Origin: Octopus vulgaris
Lineage: Eukaryota
NCBI GenBank assembly: GCA_951406725.2
Contig: OX597823.1
Location: 29,388,001-29,452,000 of the forward strand
Direction: 5' to 3'
Length of the DNA stretch: 64,000 bases
Positions 32,568-45,237 of this stretch are shown here, in pieces (within the stretch, counting starts at the first letter, position 1; each line of letters starts with the position of its first letter). Both the position numbers and the translations under genes were made by a program. Under the pieces are notes generated by a model. That model was not told the DNA's origin. It did not search any database and saw only the letters and a list, made by a program, of their open reading frames with translations.

Positions 32568-32649
32568 GTCGTCGTGGCCGAGTGGTTAAGGCGATGGACT
32601 AGAAATCCATTGGGGTCTCCCCGCATAGGTTCGAATCCTATCGGCGACG
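32568..32649 (+). tRNA. tRNA-Ser(AGA)
   Basis: Identical to 31447-31528. Confidence 0.97.
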
Positions 32650-33649
32650 ATAGTTCTTTTTTTTTTCTTTCTTTTTAATGGAGTGGGGAAACATTTTTTC
32701 CCCTTATTTTCGTTAACATATAAGAAGACATATTTGATTTTACTTCATAAAATTATGAGTTTCTGCCATTTTATAGTTCAAATTATTGGACGCAGTTTTA
32801 TAGAATTATAGTAGTGTTAATAGACCATATGTATATTCTGTTCTACTCGAGGCACAAGGCCCAAATTTTTGGTGGAGAGGGCCAGTCGATTAGATCGACA
32901 CCAGTACGCAATTGGTACTTAATTTATGGTGGTGTTGCTATTTAGAGACAGTGTTGATGATGACGATGATTGAGATAAGTATGGGAGGCGGATAAAATAG
33001 TATCGGTTGTTATAATGGCGACAGGAGTGGTGCGATGTGGGATGCTAAGGTGGTGGTAATAGTGGTGTTGATGATAGTGTTAGTTGTGTGATGATGGTAT
33101 TGCAGTGGTTATGCTGGTTGTGGTTGTGAAAGTGACTGTCAAGGTAACCGCCATAACATTGATGGTGGTGTATGTGGTTGAAGTGGAAGCAATGACAATG
33201 CTGGCTGATGATGTTGGTGGTTGTGAACTGCTTCAGATGATTCCTGTTTTTAAAGGGTTTTTTTTAACCCTGCCAAGGAGGTTATGTTTTTGCCGGCGTT
33301 GGTTTGGGAAATTGGGCGATTTTCAACATGTATGTATATGGGTGGAAATGAGCTTGGCTGAGATCTACGCTCTCCGAGTGCTTTTCTAGTTTTATAATGT
33401 GTTTTGTGCTCCATGTAATTATAGATGGCTACAGCAGGAATGCCTATCATCATGTGTTTGTTCTATCTTGGTTAACTCGGGAGTTAAACAACAGCCTCAT
33501 AGTCTTTAATCACAACCACCGCTATTAGCGTCCACTAAACTAATATCCCCCACCACCACTATACCTAACAATGATAACACATCAATTAACACTATAGATA
33601 ATGGTCTTTTTATCTATTAGTAGACATATGAAAAGCGGTTACCTTATCA

Positions 33650-33731
33650 GTCGTCGTGGCCGAGTGGTTAAGGCGATGGACTAGAAATCCATTGGGGTCT
33701 CCCCGCATAGGTTCGAATCCTATCGGCGACG
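33650..33731 (+). tRNA. tRNA-Ser(AGA)
   Basis: Identical to 31447-31528. Confidence 0.97.
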
Positions 33732-34481
33732 TTAACTTCTTTTATATTTTTTTCTTCAGTTTTTTTTTTCTTTAGCATCTATAAAGTGATTTTATATTTT
33801 CTTACATAAGCAATAAAGTTTTAATTACATAGATTTTTATTTACATTAAAACTACTGCAGCTCAGTGAATTGTATTGAATTAAATGCTTATTCTGTACTA
33901 CACTACAACAAAATATCTTTGTGCTGCTGCTTCCTCTGATTGTATTAACTTGCTTAATCAGATTCAGATTATCTTTTCTCAAATGACGGGCCCTTTCCTT
34001 CTGGTAGGTTTGCGTCTTTGGTCCATCGTCCAAATATATCTTCGTTGCGTCTTTTCTATAGCTATTTCCATGGTCATTACACTGATCAACTTTCTCGTAC
34101 CTCTACCAAGACCTTTAAACATGTCACCCGCTTCTCCTCCATATTTCTTTCCATGTAGTTCCCTTCACTCTTGCGGCCTCTGGCCTTGTTAAGGACAGGC
34201 AAGAAAATTGCAGCAAACCTGTGTGATAGTGATGTCAGACGTGACATGCAGATCATCATATAACTTATTATACATATATCTTAGATGATGCCTCAATGGT
34301 ACACCTTACCTGCTCCTTTTTTTATGGTCTTTGGCAATACATTGGTGCCAGGAAACTTTCCATGAACCCACTAATGTGTATAGTATAAATTTCTAAAAAT
34401 TGTATTTAAAGATTGTATTTAAATTCTTTAATTTTTGCAGTTCAAGTTCAACTGTTTTAAGAACACCCGATTCCATAAAAG

Positions 34482-35275
34482 TGTCATTAATGTAACACAA
34501 ATTGGTTGTGAGAATGTAATTAATGTAACACAAGTTGGTTGTGGTAATGTCATTAATGTAATATAAGTTGGTTGTGGGAATGTCATTAATGTAACACAAG
34601 TTGGTTATGAGAATGTCATTAACGTAATATAAGTTGGTTGTGGGAATGTCATTAATGTGACACAAGTTAGTTGTGGGAATGTCATTAATGTAATATAAGT
34701 TGGTTGTGGGAATGTCATTAATGTAACACAAGTTGGTTATGAGAATGTCATTAACGTAATATAAGTTGGTTGTGGGAATGTCATTAATGTGACACAAGTT
34801 AGTTGTGGGAATGTCATTAATGTAATATAAGTTGGTTGTGGGAATGTCATTAATGTAACACAAGTTGGTTATGAGAATGTCATTAACGTAATATAAGTTG
34901 GTTGTGGGAATGTCATTAATGTGACACAAGTTAGTTGTGGGAATGTCATTAATGTAATATAAGTTGGTTGTGGGAATGTCATTAATGTAACACAAGTTGG
35001 TTGTGGGAATGTCATTAATGTAATATAAGTTGGTTGTGGGAATGTCATTAATGTAACACAAGTTGGTTGTGGGAATGTCATTAATGTAATATAAGTTGGT
35101 TATGAGAATGTCATTAACGTAATATAAGTTGGTTGTGGGAATGTCATTAATGTGACACAAGTTAGTTGTGGGAATGTCATTAATGTAATATAAGTTGGTT
35201 GTGGGAATGTCATTAATGTGACACAAGTTGGTTGTGGGAATGTCATTAATGTAATATAAGTTGGTTGTGGGAATG
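34482..35275. repeat. 33-bp minisatellite, ~24 copies
   Basis: Unit AAGTTGGTTGTGGGAATGTCATTAATGTAATAT with recurring variants; 11-aa periodicity in ORF 34393..35352(-). Confidence 0.95.
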
Positions 35276-36085
35276 GTGACAAATTCAAAAACTGCTGATG
35301 GGTTGATAGATTTAATAATATGAACAATAGCCTCATTTGTGAGGGATGACAAACGGACAACATTAGATGAATTTTAAGTTAGAATATCATTAATACCTGT
35401 TGCAATCTTGATGAAGGATTCTTTATGGACGACCAAAAACTAAAGAACATTAATGTTTTGTGGGTTAATGTGCCAATTACAGCACACCACTTGTTAATAT
35501 AAACTATATCAATATTCTCTGGTTGCTTGCACTTGTTAAAATTATTGCACTTCGAGTCTCCCATAAAAACACACAGGTTCTGCATCTGGCGTTCTGTGAA
35601 AACTCGTCTGCTATTTTCAGAGAATTATGGAAAATCGAATTGGTTCGCTTAAACTACGCGAACAGTGATTAGTGAGTGCTAGGTACTCAATATCTTGTCA
35701 GGAGAGTAATAGGAGCGTATATGTGTTTACAAGGTGTTATCTGCATGATTGAAACAGCGACATGAAACGAGATGTGACATGCGAATTACATGTTCATACT
35801 TCTCTTTCCATTCCTACTCAAAGCTGTTTACAAATCACATCCAACTCACTGACTTGTGATCGTGAAGAACTCTTCGCGCCACGATCGTTATAAATAAAAG
35901 AATTTAACAAAACCTGTTCACTACACATTACTCTGAATTACATTCGACAACACTAAACCTTACACACATTACACAACAGAACATCTAAACTCTCCTATTC
36001 ACTAATACATTGCACGAGATAATACTATATTTCTTTTTCATTTTTTTATCCATTTATAGACCTATGAAGCGCTGACGTTAGTGTA

Positions 36086-36167
36086 GTCGTCGTGGCCGAG
36101 TGGTTAAGGCGATGGACTTGAAATCCATTGGGGTCTCCCCGCATAGGTTCGAATCCTATCGGCGACG
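36086..36167 (+). tRNA. tRNA-Ser(TGA)
   Basis: Same body as the AGA genes; loop CTTGAAA. Confidence 0.95.
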
Positions 36168-36265
36168 ATAGTCACAAAGTAATTTTATATTTTGTTGATA
36201 AATCATATACATTATGTAGTTTATGTAAGCTGTCCTGTTGTTGCAAAATGTGTGGGTGGGGGGGT

Positions 36266-36585
36266 GAAGGCGCATGGTTCAGTGGTTAGAGTGTCGAGCT
36301 TATGATCCTGAGGTTGTGAGTTCGATTCCTCGACCGGGCTGCGTGTTGTGTTCTTGAGCAAGACACTTTATTTCACGTTGCTCCAGTCAACTCAGCTGTT
36401 GAAATGAGTTGCGACGTCACAGGTGCCAAGTTGTATCGACTGTTGCCTTTCCCTTGGCGTGGAGAGATGAGGCCGGTATGCATAGGTGACTGCTGGTCTT
36501 CCATTAACAACCTTGCCCGGACTTGTGCCTCGTAGGGGAGCTTTCTAGGCGCAATCCTAAATTCATTCATGACTGAAGGGGGTCT
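36266..36585 (+). mobile_element. SINE family C
   Basis: TGGTTCAGTGG A box, GTTCGATTCC B box, CTTGAGCAAGACACTT CORE-like segment. Confidence 0.8.
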
Positions 36586-36588
36586 CCT

Positions 36589-36669
<81 letters not shown>

Positions 36670-36678
36670 GAGTTCACA

Positions 36679-36830
36679 GGCGCTGGAGTGGCTGTGTGGT
36701 AAGTAGCTTGCTTACTAATCACATGGTTCCGGATTCAGTCCCACTGCGTGGCACCTTGGTTAAGTGTCTTCTACTATAGCCTCGGGCCGACCAAAACCTT
36801 GTGAGTGGATGTCATATATATATATGTATG

Positions 36831-36887
<57 letters not shown>

Positions 36888-37070
36888 TTGTCTGTCTGTG
36901 TTTGTTCCCCCAACATCGCCTGACAACCGATGCTGGTGTGTTTACGTCCCCGTAGCTTAGCGATGGAATAAGTACTAGGCTTACAAAGAATAAGTCCTGG
37001 GGTTGGTTTGCTCTATTAAAAGCAGCATGGCCACAGTCAACTGACTGAAACAAGTAAAAGAATAAAAGAA
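36679..37070 (+). mobile_element. SINE family A
   Basis: Copy with internal deletions. Confidence 0.8.
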
Positions 37071-37716
37071 TCCAAATAATTTCTCTTTTACCTCTTTTCA
37101 ATCCCCACAGGCCCACCACAATGGATCTGGCCCGACTAACAGCTATGACAAGCATTACATTATACTGTACCAAACACTATACAGTCACTGCAACATACAA
37201 TACCACTTTATATACATCAGACTAAACTATATAACCCCATATACTGCATTAGGAAAGTTTGTTGGGGTCGCTTCTGTCCTCACCACTGAACACTCATAAG
37301 TCGTTTGAGTCAGAAGACCCCATCATCAAATTGTATATGAGCCAGTGTGTGTTGTGTGTGTTGTGCGTGTGTGCCTCTCTGTGTGCGCGCGCGGTAGTGT
37401 AGGTTCTCTGTGTGTGTAGCGCCCTTGTCTCTCTCGCATCATTGGAGAGGACATTAAATAATGTTGTTATCCTTGGAACAGGATCTTTTGCCCTTCTCTT
37501 GTTTCAGTTGTTTGACTGCGATTATGCTGGGGCACGACTTTGAAGGGTTTTTAGTCGAATGTATCGACCCCAGTACTTAATTTTTTTTTTTTTTAACCTG
37601 GTACTTACTCTATTGGTGCCTTTTGCCGAAAGGCTAACATACGGTCACGTAAACACGCCAACACCGGTTGCCAGGCGGTTGTGAGTGAAATAAACAGAAG
37701 CAAAGACACGCACACA

Positions 37717-37756
<40 letters not shown>

Positions 37757-37794
37757 CACGTACGCACGCACAGACACTCACACACACACGCATG

Positions 37795-37826
<32 letters not shown>

Positions 37827-37907
37827 TACGACAGGATTCTTTCAGTTTCCATCAACCAAATCAACTCCCAAGGCTTTGGTCAGCCCTGGCTATAGTGGGA
37901 GGTACTT

Positions 37908-37966
37908 GCGATGAACTAGAAATCCATTGGGGTATTCCCGTATAAGTTCGAATCCTATCGGCGACG
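37908..37966 (+). pseudogene. 5'-truncated tRNA-Ser(AGA) fused to an antisense SINE A (~37495-37907)
   Basis: GCGATGAACTAGAAATCCATT...TTCGAATCCTATCGGCGACG lacking the 5' acceptor strand and most of the D arm. Confidence 0.85.
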
Positions 37967-38250
37967 TAGTTTTGTTTTTAATTTGAGGGTGAAACGTTTT
38001 TTCTTTTCTTTATTTTCATGAACATGTATGAAGTTATTTTGGGATCTTCTTTTTTACATGAACCTATTAGCTACTTCATTTATTTCAGCCAATTTGAAGT
38101 TCAAATTACTAGATGCAGTCTTATAGGACTGTAGGCAGTGTTACAGCGGTAAGACAATGAATCTCATAACATAATCAGTTATTCATTTGTCCTTCTAATT
38201 TATATATATATATATATATGTGTATATATATATGTATGTATATATGTATG

Positions 38251-38293
<43 letters not shown>

Positions 38294-38310
38294 TTATATA
38301 GATATATGTA

Positions 38311-38385
<75 letters not shown>

Positions 38386-38559
38386 AGTTAATCCAAACAA
38401 GAAAACAAAAAGACAACGACGCAAGGATATATATATATATGTAGATGTATATATATATATATATATATATACATACATGTGTATATATATATATATATAT
38501 AAAGTATTATTGGACGCTCAGGAAAGAAGGGAAGAAGGAATATATATATATGTATGTTT

Positions 38560-38758
38560 AGGGATAATTCACAAAAAAACAAGACGAAGACGCGTGGCGT
38601 AGACAACAAACAGATGTATTGGTATAACGCTCGGGAAGTGAAAAAGTCTTTAACGTTTCGAGCCTACGCTCTTCCACAGAAAGGAACCCAGAAAGAAACA
38701 AGGAGAGAAAATAAAGAATGTGTAGTGGCTATCGATCTATTATGGCGAATGCCGGACA

Positions 38759-38760
<2 letters not shown>
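38560..38760 (-). mobile_element. Family E repeat with variant hammerhead at 38648-38683
   Basis: CTTT-CTGTGGA-A-GAGC-GTAG-GCTC-GAAA-CGTT-AAAG. Confidence 0.6.
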
Positions 38761-38848
<88 letters not shown>

Positions 38849-39019
38849 GTGTATAGATACCCACTTTATACAGCTCAACCGGTTAGCGCTCTGATAGAGC
38901 TTCAGGAATATATAATTAAGAAGAGGAGAAAACAAATTCGAGGCCGATGTATATATTCATTCAATCCATATGAAGGAAATTCTCCAATATATACAAAGTA
39001 CATACTTAGATGCATTCAT

Positions 39020-39115
<96 letters not shown>

Positions 39116-39471
39116 GTGACACGTGCTTGTCAAAATTCCTTTGATTCAAATAACTTCTTTCCTCCCACTGCAGCTCCCTGGACCTCAGTACCATCGCCTT
39201 GTATTTCTCTGGTCCCAAATAACAAGTCCTTTAAGCTTTACGTCCATCGACATCTTTTGACTTTCTAAACCCTTTTTCTTTTCCATCTACTTCCTTACAC
39301 TATACACGCCTCTGAGACATTACCTAAGACAACATTAGACAATACATGCGTCACACAACAAAACATCTAAACTCTCCCATACACTAATACATTACTCTAC
39401 ATAATATGAAGTTTACTGTTGTTCTTTTTTTTTATCTATTTGTAGAGATATGAATCAACATAAATCAGGCA

Positions 39472-39553
39472 GTCGTCGTGGCCGAGTGGTTAAGGCGATG
39501 GACTAGAAATCCATTGGGGTCTCCCCGCATAGGTTCGAATCCTATCGGCGACG
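39472..39553 (+). tRNA. tRNA-Ser(AGA)
   Basis: Identical to 31447-31528. Confidence 0.97.
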
Positions 39554-39832
39554 TTGATTTTTTTTGTGGAGAGGTTCTTTATTTTCACATGGTCTTTTGT
39601 TCTTTTACTTCTTTCAGTCATTTGACTGCGGCCATGCTGGGGCAGCGCGTTTAGTTGAGCAAATCGATTCCCACGACTTATTCTTTCAAAGCCTAATACG
39701 TATTCTATCTGTCCCTTAAGCCGAACAGCTAAGTTACGGGGTCGTAAACACACCAGCATCGGTTGTCAAGCGATGGTGGGGGGACAAACACAGACACACA
39801 CATATATATATATACATATATAGAAGCCCATC

Positions 39833-39911
<79 letters not shown>

Positions 39912-40150
39912 AACAATTGAGGATAAAATCTTTAAAAGAAATTATCAGTAGTCAGCGTGAAAAACCTCGTAAGAGAAAAAATCCGTAAATTCTTCCTCTT
40001 TGAAAATATTCATTTATATTATATTGAGGGTACTACTATTCGTAGATACCAACACGCTAAGAGGGACCAATGCGGTCAAAACTACTAAAAATAAACAAAA
40101 TTTTACCGAATGCAAAACTTCAAAACACATCATTTTAAAAAAGAATTCAT

Positions 40151-40212
40151 TTACATATCACATGTGATTTCGCATTTAATGCAGAATATGCATTTCATGT
40201 TCATCAGTGCAA
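40151..40212 (-). ncRNA. Type I hammerhead ribozyme motif with extended stem II
   Basis: TTGCA-CTGATGA-ACAT-GA-AATGCA-TATTC-TGCATT-AA-ATGC-GAAA-TCACATGTGA-TA-TGTAA. Confidence 0.75.
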
Positions 40213-40725
40213 CAAACTCAAGAAATATTTCTTAAGACCGAAACCGAGGTATGCTTTTAAGTCTGTTATTTATATAATTTTTCATATTTCCTGCCCGCCA
40301 AAGTTGGTTCTGGTGTTCGCTGAATTCTTCCTCTAGAGAATTTCCCTTGTAGTTTGATCGTTGATGATCTTTTTCTAGCATTCTGGCCGGCTACCTAGCA
40401 GGCCAGCCCTGCCAATATACACATATTTGAATTTTCTCTGACTCCTCAGATTTTTTGAATGCTGGACTACTGGTTTTAAATTGATATTAAAATTAATATT
40501 AATTTATCTCCCTCAATTTTTAAATATTTAAATAAATACGTTCCCTAGTTGTAAGCACTACCCACAGTGAATTATTCACTGCAGCCCTTCGCTTCAGGAG
40601 TCTCTCAGCGCGCCGGAACCAAGACATTTGAAATTTTATTCCCGATGTAATCAGTAAGACTAAGCACGTGTCTGTCTTGACACAGAGAGCTGGGGTTAGT
40701 CTTGCGGTTTGCATCCCGAGGACCG

Positions 40726-40797
40726 AATGTACTGATGAAGTCACGGACACTTGAATTATGCAATTCTTTTGTTAAGACCGAAACCGAGGTATGCATT
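40726..40797 (+). ncRNA. Type I hammerhead ribozyme motif with extended stem II
   Basis: AATGTA-CTGATGA-AGTC...GAATT-ATGC-AATTC...GACC-GAAA-CCGAGG-TA-TGCATT. Confidence 0.7.
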
Positions 40798-40954
40798 TAA
40801 GTCTGTTATTTATATAATTTTTCATATGTCCTGCCCGCCAAAGTTGGTTCTGGTGTTCGCTGAATTCTTCCTCTAGAGAATTTCCCTTGTAGTTTGATCG
40901 TTGATGATCTTTTTCTAGCATTCTGGCCGGCTACCTAGCAGGCCAGCCCTGCCA

Positions 40955-41044
<90 letters not shown>

Positions 41045-41414
41045 GATGGGCTTCTTTCAGTTTCTCTCTACCAAATCCATTCACAAGGCTTTGGTCGGCC
41101 CGAAGCTTCAGTAGAAGATACTTGCACAAGGTGCCACGCAATGGGACTGATCCCGTAACCATGTGGTTGGTAAGCAAGCTACTTTATTTCATATAATTTG
41201 CCATTTAGGCATTTACAAAGAGGGAACAACAAGGACAGACAAATATAAAGGGTGAAGTAGCTTAACACAGTTAAAATTTTCGAATGAAATTACGGATAAG
41301 ATTATAAACAATGAGTTTTACGAAGACAATGTTTAAAAATATTATTAATGATCATGTCGAAGGACGGACACCCAGCCATCCGGGTAGAACCTTTACTTTC
41401 TGATCCGGTCACAC

Positions 41415-44400
41415 TTACCTGGTGCCAAACATACCCAACTTGCATGCCACAGGCTTCCATCTTTTCACAAACATATCTCGTGACAGACACCTCTTCTCCA
41501 GCCTGATTTTGCTACTGAGGTGGTAACTAAAAAAGTTAATCAACCCCTGGCCGGAGACAAAGGTGCCTGTCACTATACCTTTCGTACGCGTCTTCCATAC
41601 TGTTTCTTTCAGTATGGTTACTACACAGAAAAAACAAGCCTTTCTTTCCCTGTTAAGGAAAGGAGGCGGCACAATCTCGATGATAGACTCAGCTGATAGC
41701 TGTACTCTTCCCATCACTGACAACAGTTGTTCAGCAAAAGCTATCAGTCCCGATAACTCCGGACACTCCACGAATGCGTGCAAGACGGTCTCCCTATCCT
41801 GCTCACATCGCGGGCATGTTGGCGAGACGGCACTATCGTGCCTTGACAGCTTGTCGCGAACAGGTTAAGCCGCACGGAAACACTGCCAGGCCAGGGATTT
41901 CTGGTAATTATCCAGATGGCCCGAACGTCCTCCAGAACAGGTTGACCAACTGATTTTCATCGTAGCCCAGGGTCTCCATCAAGGCGTCTTCGGACTTAAC
42001 CTCCACTAACCCGCTATAGAAATCCGTGGTGGAATTCCTGTTGCCGGCGTTGCCCACCCGAGAGAGTAGCTGGAGCGCCTGACGGCACTCCAAATGCCAT
42101 TCACTCAGTTTAGGTCTCCGCTTGATCCATGCACCGATGTCCGTTAGGGATGTTAACTGGGGAAGGTAGAACCGGACGTGCGGTGACCACACCTGCTCTC
42201 CATCCAGGTAAAGCCAGAGGTGCCTCAACCTTAACGCGAGTTTCGCATCCTCAGCCAAGGCATCCCTAGCCCACCCTTTAGCGGTTTCTGGCAGCAGACA
42301 GAGCGCTTTACAAGTGGCTTTCCTCCTTTCCACAAAAATCGGAAAAGGATTCTCTCCAACTTGTTCAGCCACAAATCGGGGCAAGGCATTACGGTCAGAC
42401 GGTAGGTGATTACTGATGCTATAAATATCTGCACCACCTCCGCCTTCCCTAGCAGGGATAACGCCCGCCCAGACCAGGTCTGGGTTAGAGCGGTCACCTT
42501 GTTGGCCACCTCACTCCGATTTTTCTCAATCTGGAGGTCTGGCCCGAACCAGACTCCGAGCAGCTTAACAGGACCTTCCGTCCAACGCCCTACGACGTTA
42601 TTGGACGGCATCGGCTTGCCCCTCCAGGTGCCGAGTTGCAAACCGACTGACTTGTCCTTGTTAACCTTTGCTCCTGCCACCGCCTCGTAGCTTTTGATGG
42701 CCTCTTCCACCACTGGAAGCTGGCCTTCGTCTGCCACGATGATGGAGGTGTCATCCGCATACGCCGTAGCTCCTCTTCCACACCATAGATCATGCGGCGC
42801 GCCCCCTAGTGCCTCCAACTTCCGCAGCAAAGGCTCAAGAGCCAATACGTATAGGAGCGATGACAGGGGACACCCTTGACGAATTGAACGCTCGATCCTG
42901 AACGGCTTCGAAAAGAAACCGTTCACCTTGACTACAGACTCAATGTTGCTATACAAAGCAGCGATCCAACCTCGAAAGGTCGGGCCTAGGCCAGCCTCTC
43001 CGAGGACCGCCGCCAAGTACCGATGGTCGACCCTATCAAATGCTTTGGACTGGTCTAAATGTACCAGTGCTCCCCCTGCGCCAGAAAGCTTCCCCACCAT
43101 CTCTAAGGTGGGTAGCGTATAAGGTGGAGATTGTCGTAGATCGTTCTGCCAGGGATAGCGTACGTTTGCGCTTCCCCGACAAGTTTGTCCACGACCCGCG
43201 CCAACGTTTTTGCTAGCACCTTGGCCAGAATCTTTAACTCTGTGTTCAACAGAGTTATGGGCCTGAAGTTCCCTATCTCGTCCCCCTTGTTCGGGTCCTT
43301 CCTGATCAACGTCACCGCCCCCCGGCTCGCAGACTTGGGAATTCTCCCATTCTGCTGCCAGTTGGCGTAGACGCTAGCCAGCAGGTGCCCGAACAAGTCT
43401 GGCATACTTTTGTAAAATTCATAGGGCAGACCATCGAGACCCGGCGACTTCTCCCCGGGGCACTTGCCCAACACCTCGATTACTTCCTCGGCTGTGATTG
43501 GCCCTTCACAGCACTCAGCCTCTCGTGTCGAGAGGCGCGGGCCACCAGACAGGAAGTCCCTAAGGGCCTCACCATGATCCAGCGTCCCGCACCTCCCGAA
43601 CAACTCGGCGAAGTGCTTGTGAAGTGCCTCACACATCTCGTCCCGCTTCTTGATCGTGCATCCGTTTTCATCAACAAGAGACCCAATTGTGGCATCGTTT
43701 TGACGCTGTGTTTCTATCCTACGGGCCCATCCGGCAACATTAATTCCCTCACGGCCCAATGCTCGTATTTTAGCCCGGACTCTACATCCCTCATGTTTGG
43801 TTTTGAGGTGACGGTCTAATGCCGTTCTCGCCGCTAAAATGTGAGATGCAGAGCCCAACCTCAACGCCTCCTCTAAGTTCTTAACTAGTTGCCCTTCTAT
43901 TCTAGCCCTATCTAGTCTTAGTTGTTTACTAAATCTAATGGACTCGAATCGAATGGCTCTTTTGAGGGCGAACCACCACCGGTTATTAACCACGGCTCCG
44001 GTTAACGCCCTCTGCACTAACACCTTAATCCGGCTACGGTATGCCTCGCGAGTCAAAATAGACTTGTTCAGCTTCCAGTAGCCGGTTCCTATCTTAAGTG
44101 TGCTATCTATGTCCAGTCTACACGTGACCATTCTATGGTCAGTATAGGGCACCTGGACGAGCTGTGGACAACTAAAACTAGACTTATCTCTAGTTCTTAT
44201 CACTATCCTGTCTAGATAAGACTTGAACCTTCTGTCGCCACTCATCCAGGTCCACTCTGGGACGTTCGGATGGTCAAGTCTGTAACGATCTGCCAGCTGA
44301 AACCGCTTAAGCAGATCCACGAGACGTGAGTTCACTTTCCTATAGATCGAGCCAACGCTATCGATGTGTACGTCAACGATAGCATTAAAGTCCCCTAATA

Positions 44401-44762
44401 TCACTAAAGTCTTCGACGTCACGAGAAAGCCCTCTAGGCGCCGATAAAAATCAGTTTGGAAACCTCTAGCACAAGGTGCATAGAGTCCGATCAACCTGAA
44501 GGCCTTACTGCTGTACGTCACATCAAGGACGACCAGCCCACCTTCTGGGTCTACATAGACTGTACTTGTCTGCAGAGCCAGGAGACATGATTTTCTCGTA
44601 GCCATTCAGGAGAGGCGAGAAGGTTTGTAGGCTGTCCAGCTTGGTCTCTGTAGCAACCATCACATGTATATCATGTGATCTGAGGTCGTCGAGGAAACAA
44701 GCCTGCTTCCACTTCGAACTCAGACCACGCACATTTAAACAACCAAGGTTAAGAGAAGCCAT
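41415..44762 (-). pseudogene. Tx1 ORF2 (AP endonuclease plus reverse transcriptase), frameshifted
   Basis: LNVRGL, GDFN, LDRI, TDH, GYWKLN, PGLDGLP, NFRPITLLN, DQSKAFDRV, RQGCPLS, YADD; split over five listed ORFs. Confidence 0.93.
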
Positions 44763-45237
44763 TACAAAAAGTAAAAGTTCTACTTACATTTCGTTGGAGA
44801 GGTTGGGGCCGACCTCACCACACATTTGTGGGCCCCTTCTTTCTCCTCCTTCTTCAGATAGTCCGGCAAGTTCGCGATATGCCGGATGGCGTTTGGTTGT
44901 CTGTCTTTTAATTGTTTGAACGTTGTTTCCGCAATCCACGTATATCTCTCGTTTCGATCTTTGTATTTGTTGTACAGTCTTGCTGACTGATGCGGAACCA
45001 CAATATCGTTTATGTATTTGTTTTGTGTGTCGAATTCAATTAATATGAGTTCATTTTTTTTGTCTTCTTTTTCTGGGCCAGTTGAGCGGGATTTTTTTTT
45101 CGTGTCTGTGGTGTGTCTTTGTTTTTATTATTTTTTGTAGGGGATGTGGACGGGGATGATGCACGAATTCTTTTACGAACTGTTGTAAATCCCCCTCTGA
45201 TACCTCCATGGTATCGTCTGGGGTAGCAATAGTTTGT

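Larger units (their letters stand above)
31441..33740 (+). repeat. Recent tandem duplication of a ~1.1-kb tRNA-Ser unit (periods 1121 and 1082 bp)
   Basis: Spacers 31529-32567 and 32650-33649 align nearly throughout. Confidence 0.9.
39909..40960. mobile_element. Composite Penelope-like insertion in a (TA)n tract, with ~190-bp direct repeats and two hammerheads
   Basis: ~40232-40421 repeated at ~40772-40961; absent from the right duplicate. Confidence 0.7.
39466..41184 (+). repeat. Left copy of the duplicated segment (tRNA plus antisense SINE A), interrupted by a ~1.05-kb insertion
   Basis: 39466-~39835 and ~41043-41184 match 46527-47112 with few differences. Confidence 0.9.

Noticed and set aside
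34482-35275. 33-bp repeat array as a possible CRISPR
   Set aside because: Head-to-tail units with no unique spacers, no cas genes, eukaryotic context
36086-36167. TGA-anticodon tRNA as a suppressor or selenocysteine tRNA
   Set aside because: Anticodon TGA reads UCA (Ser); Sec or opal suppressors need TCA, and the body is a standard Ser tRNA
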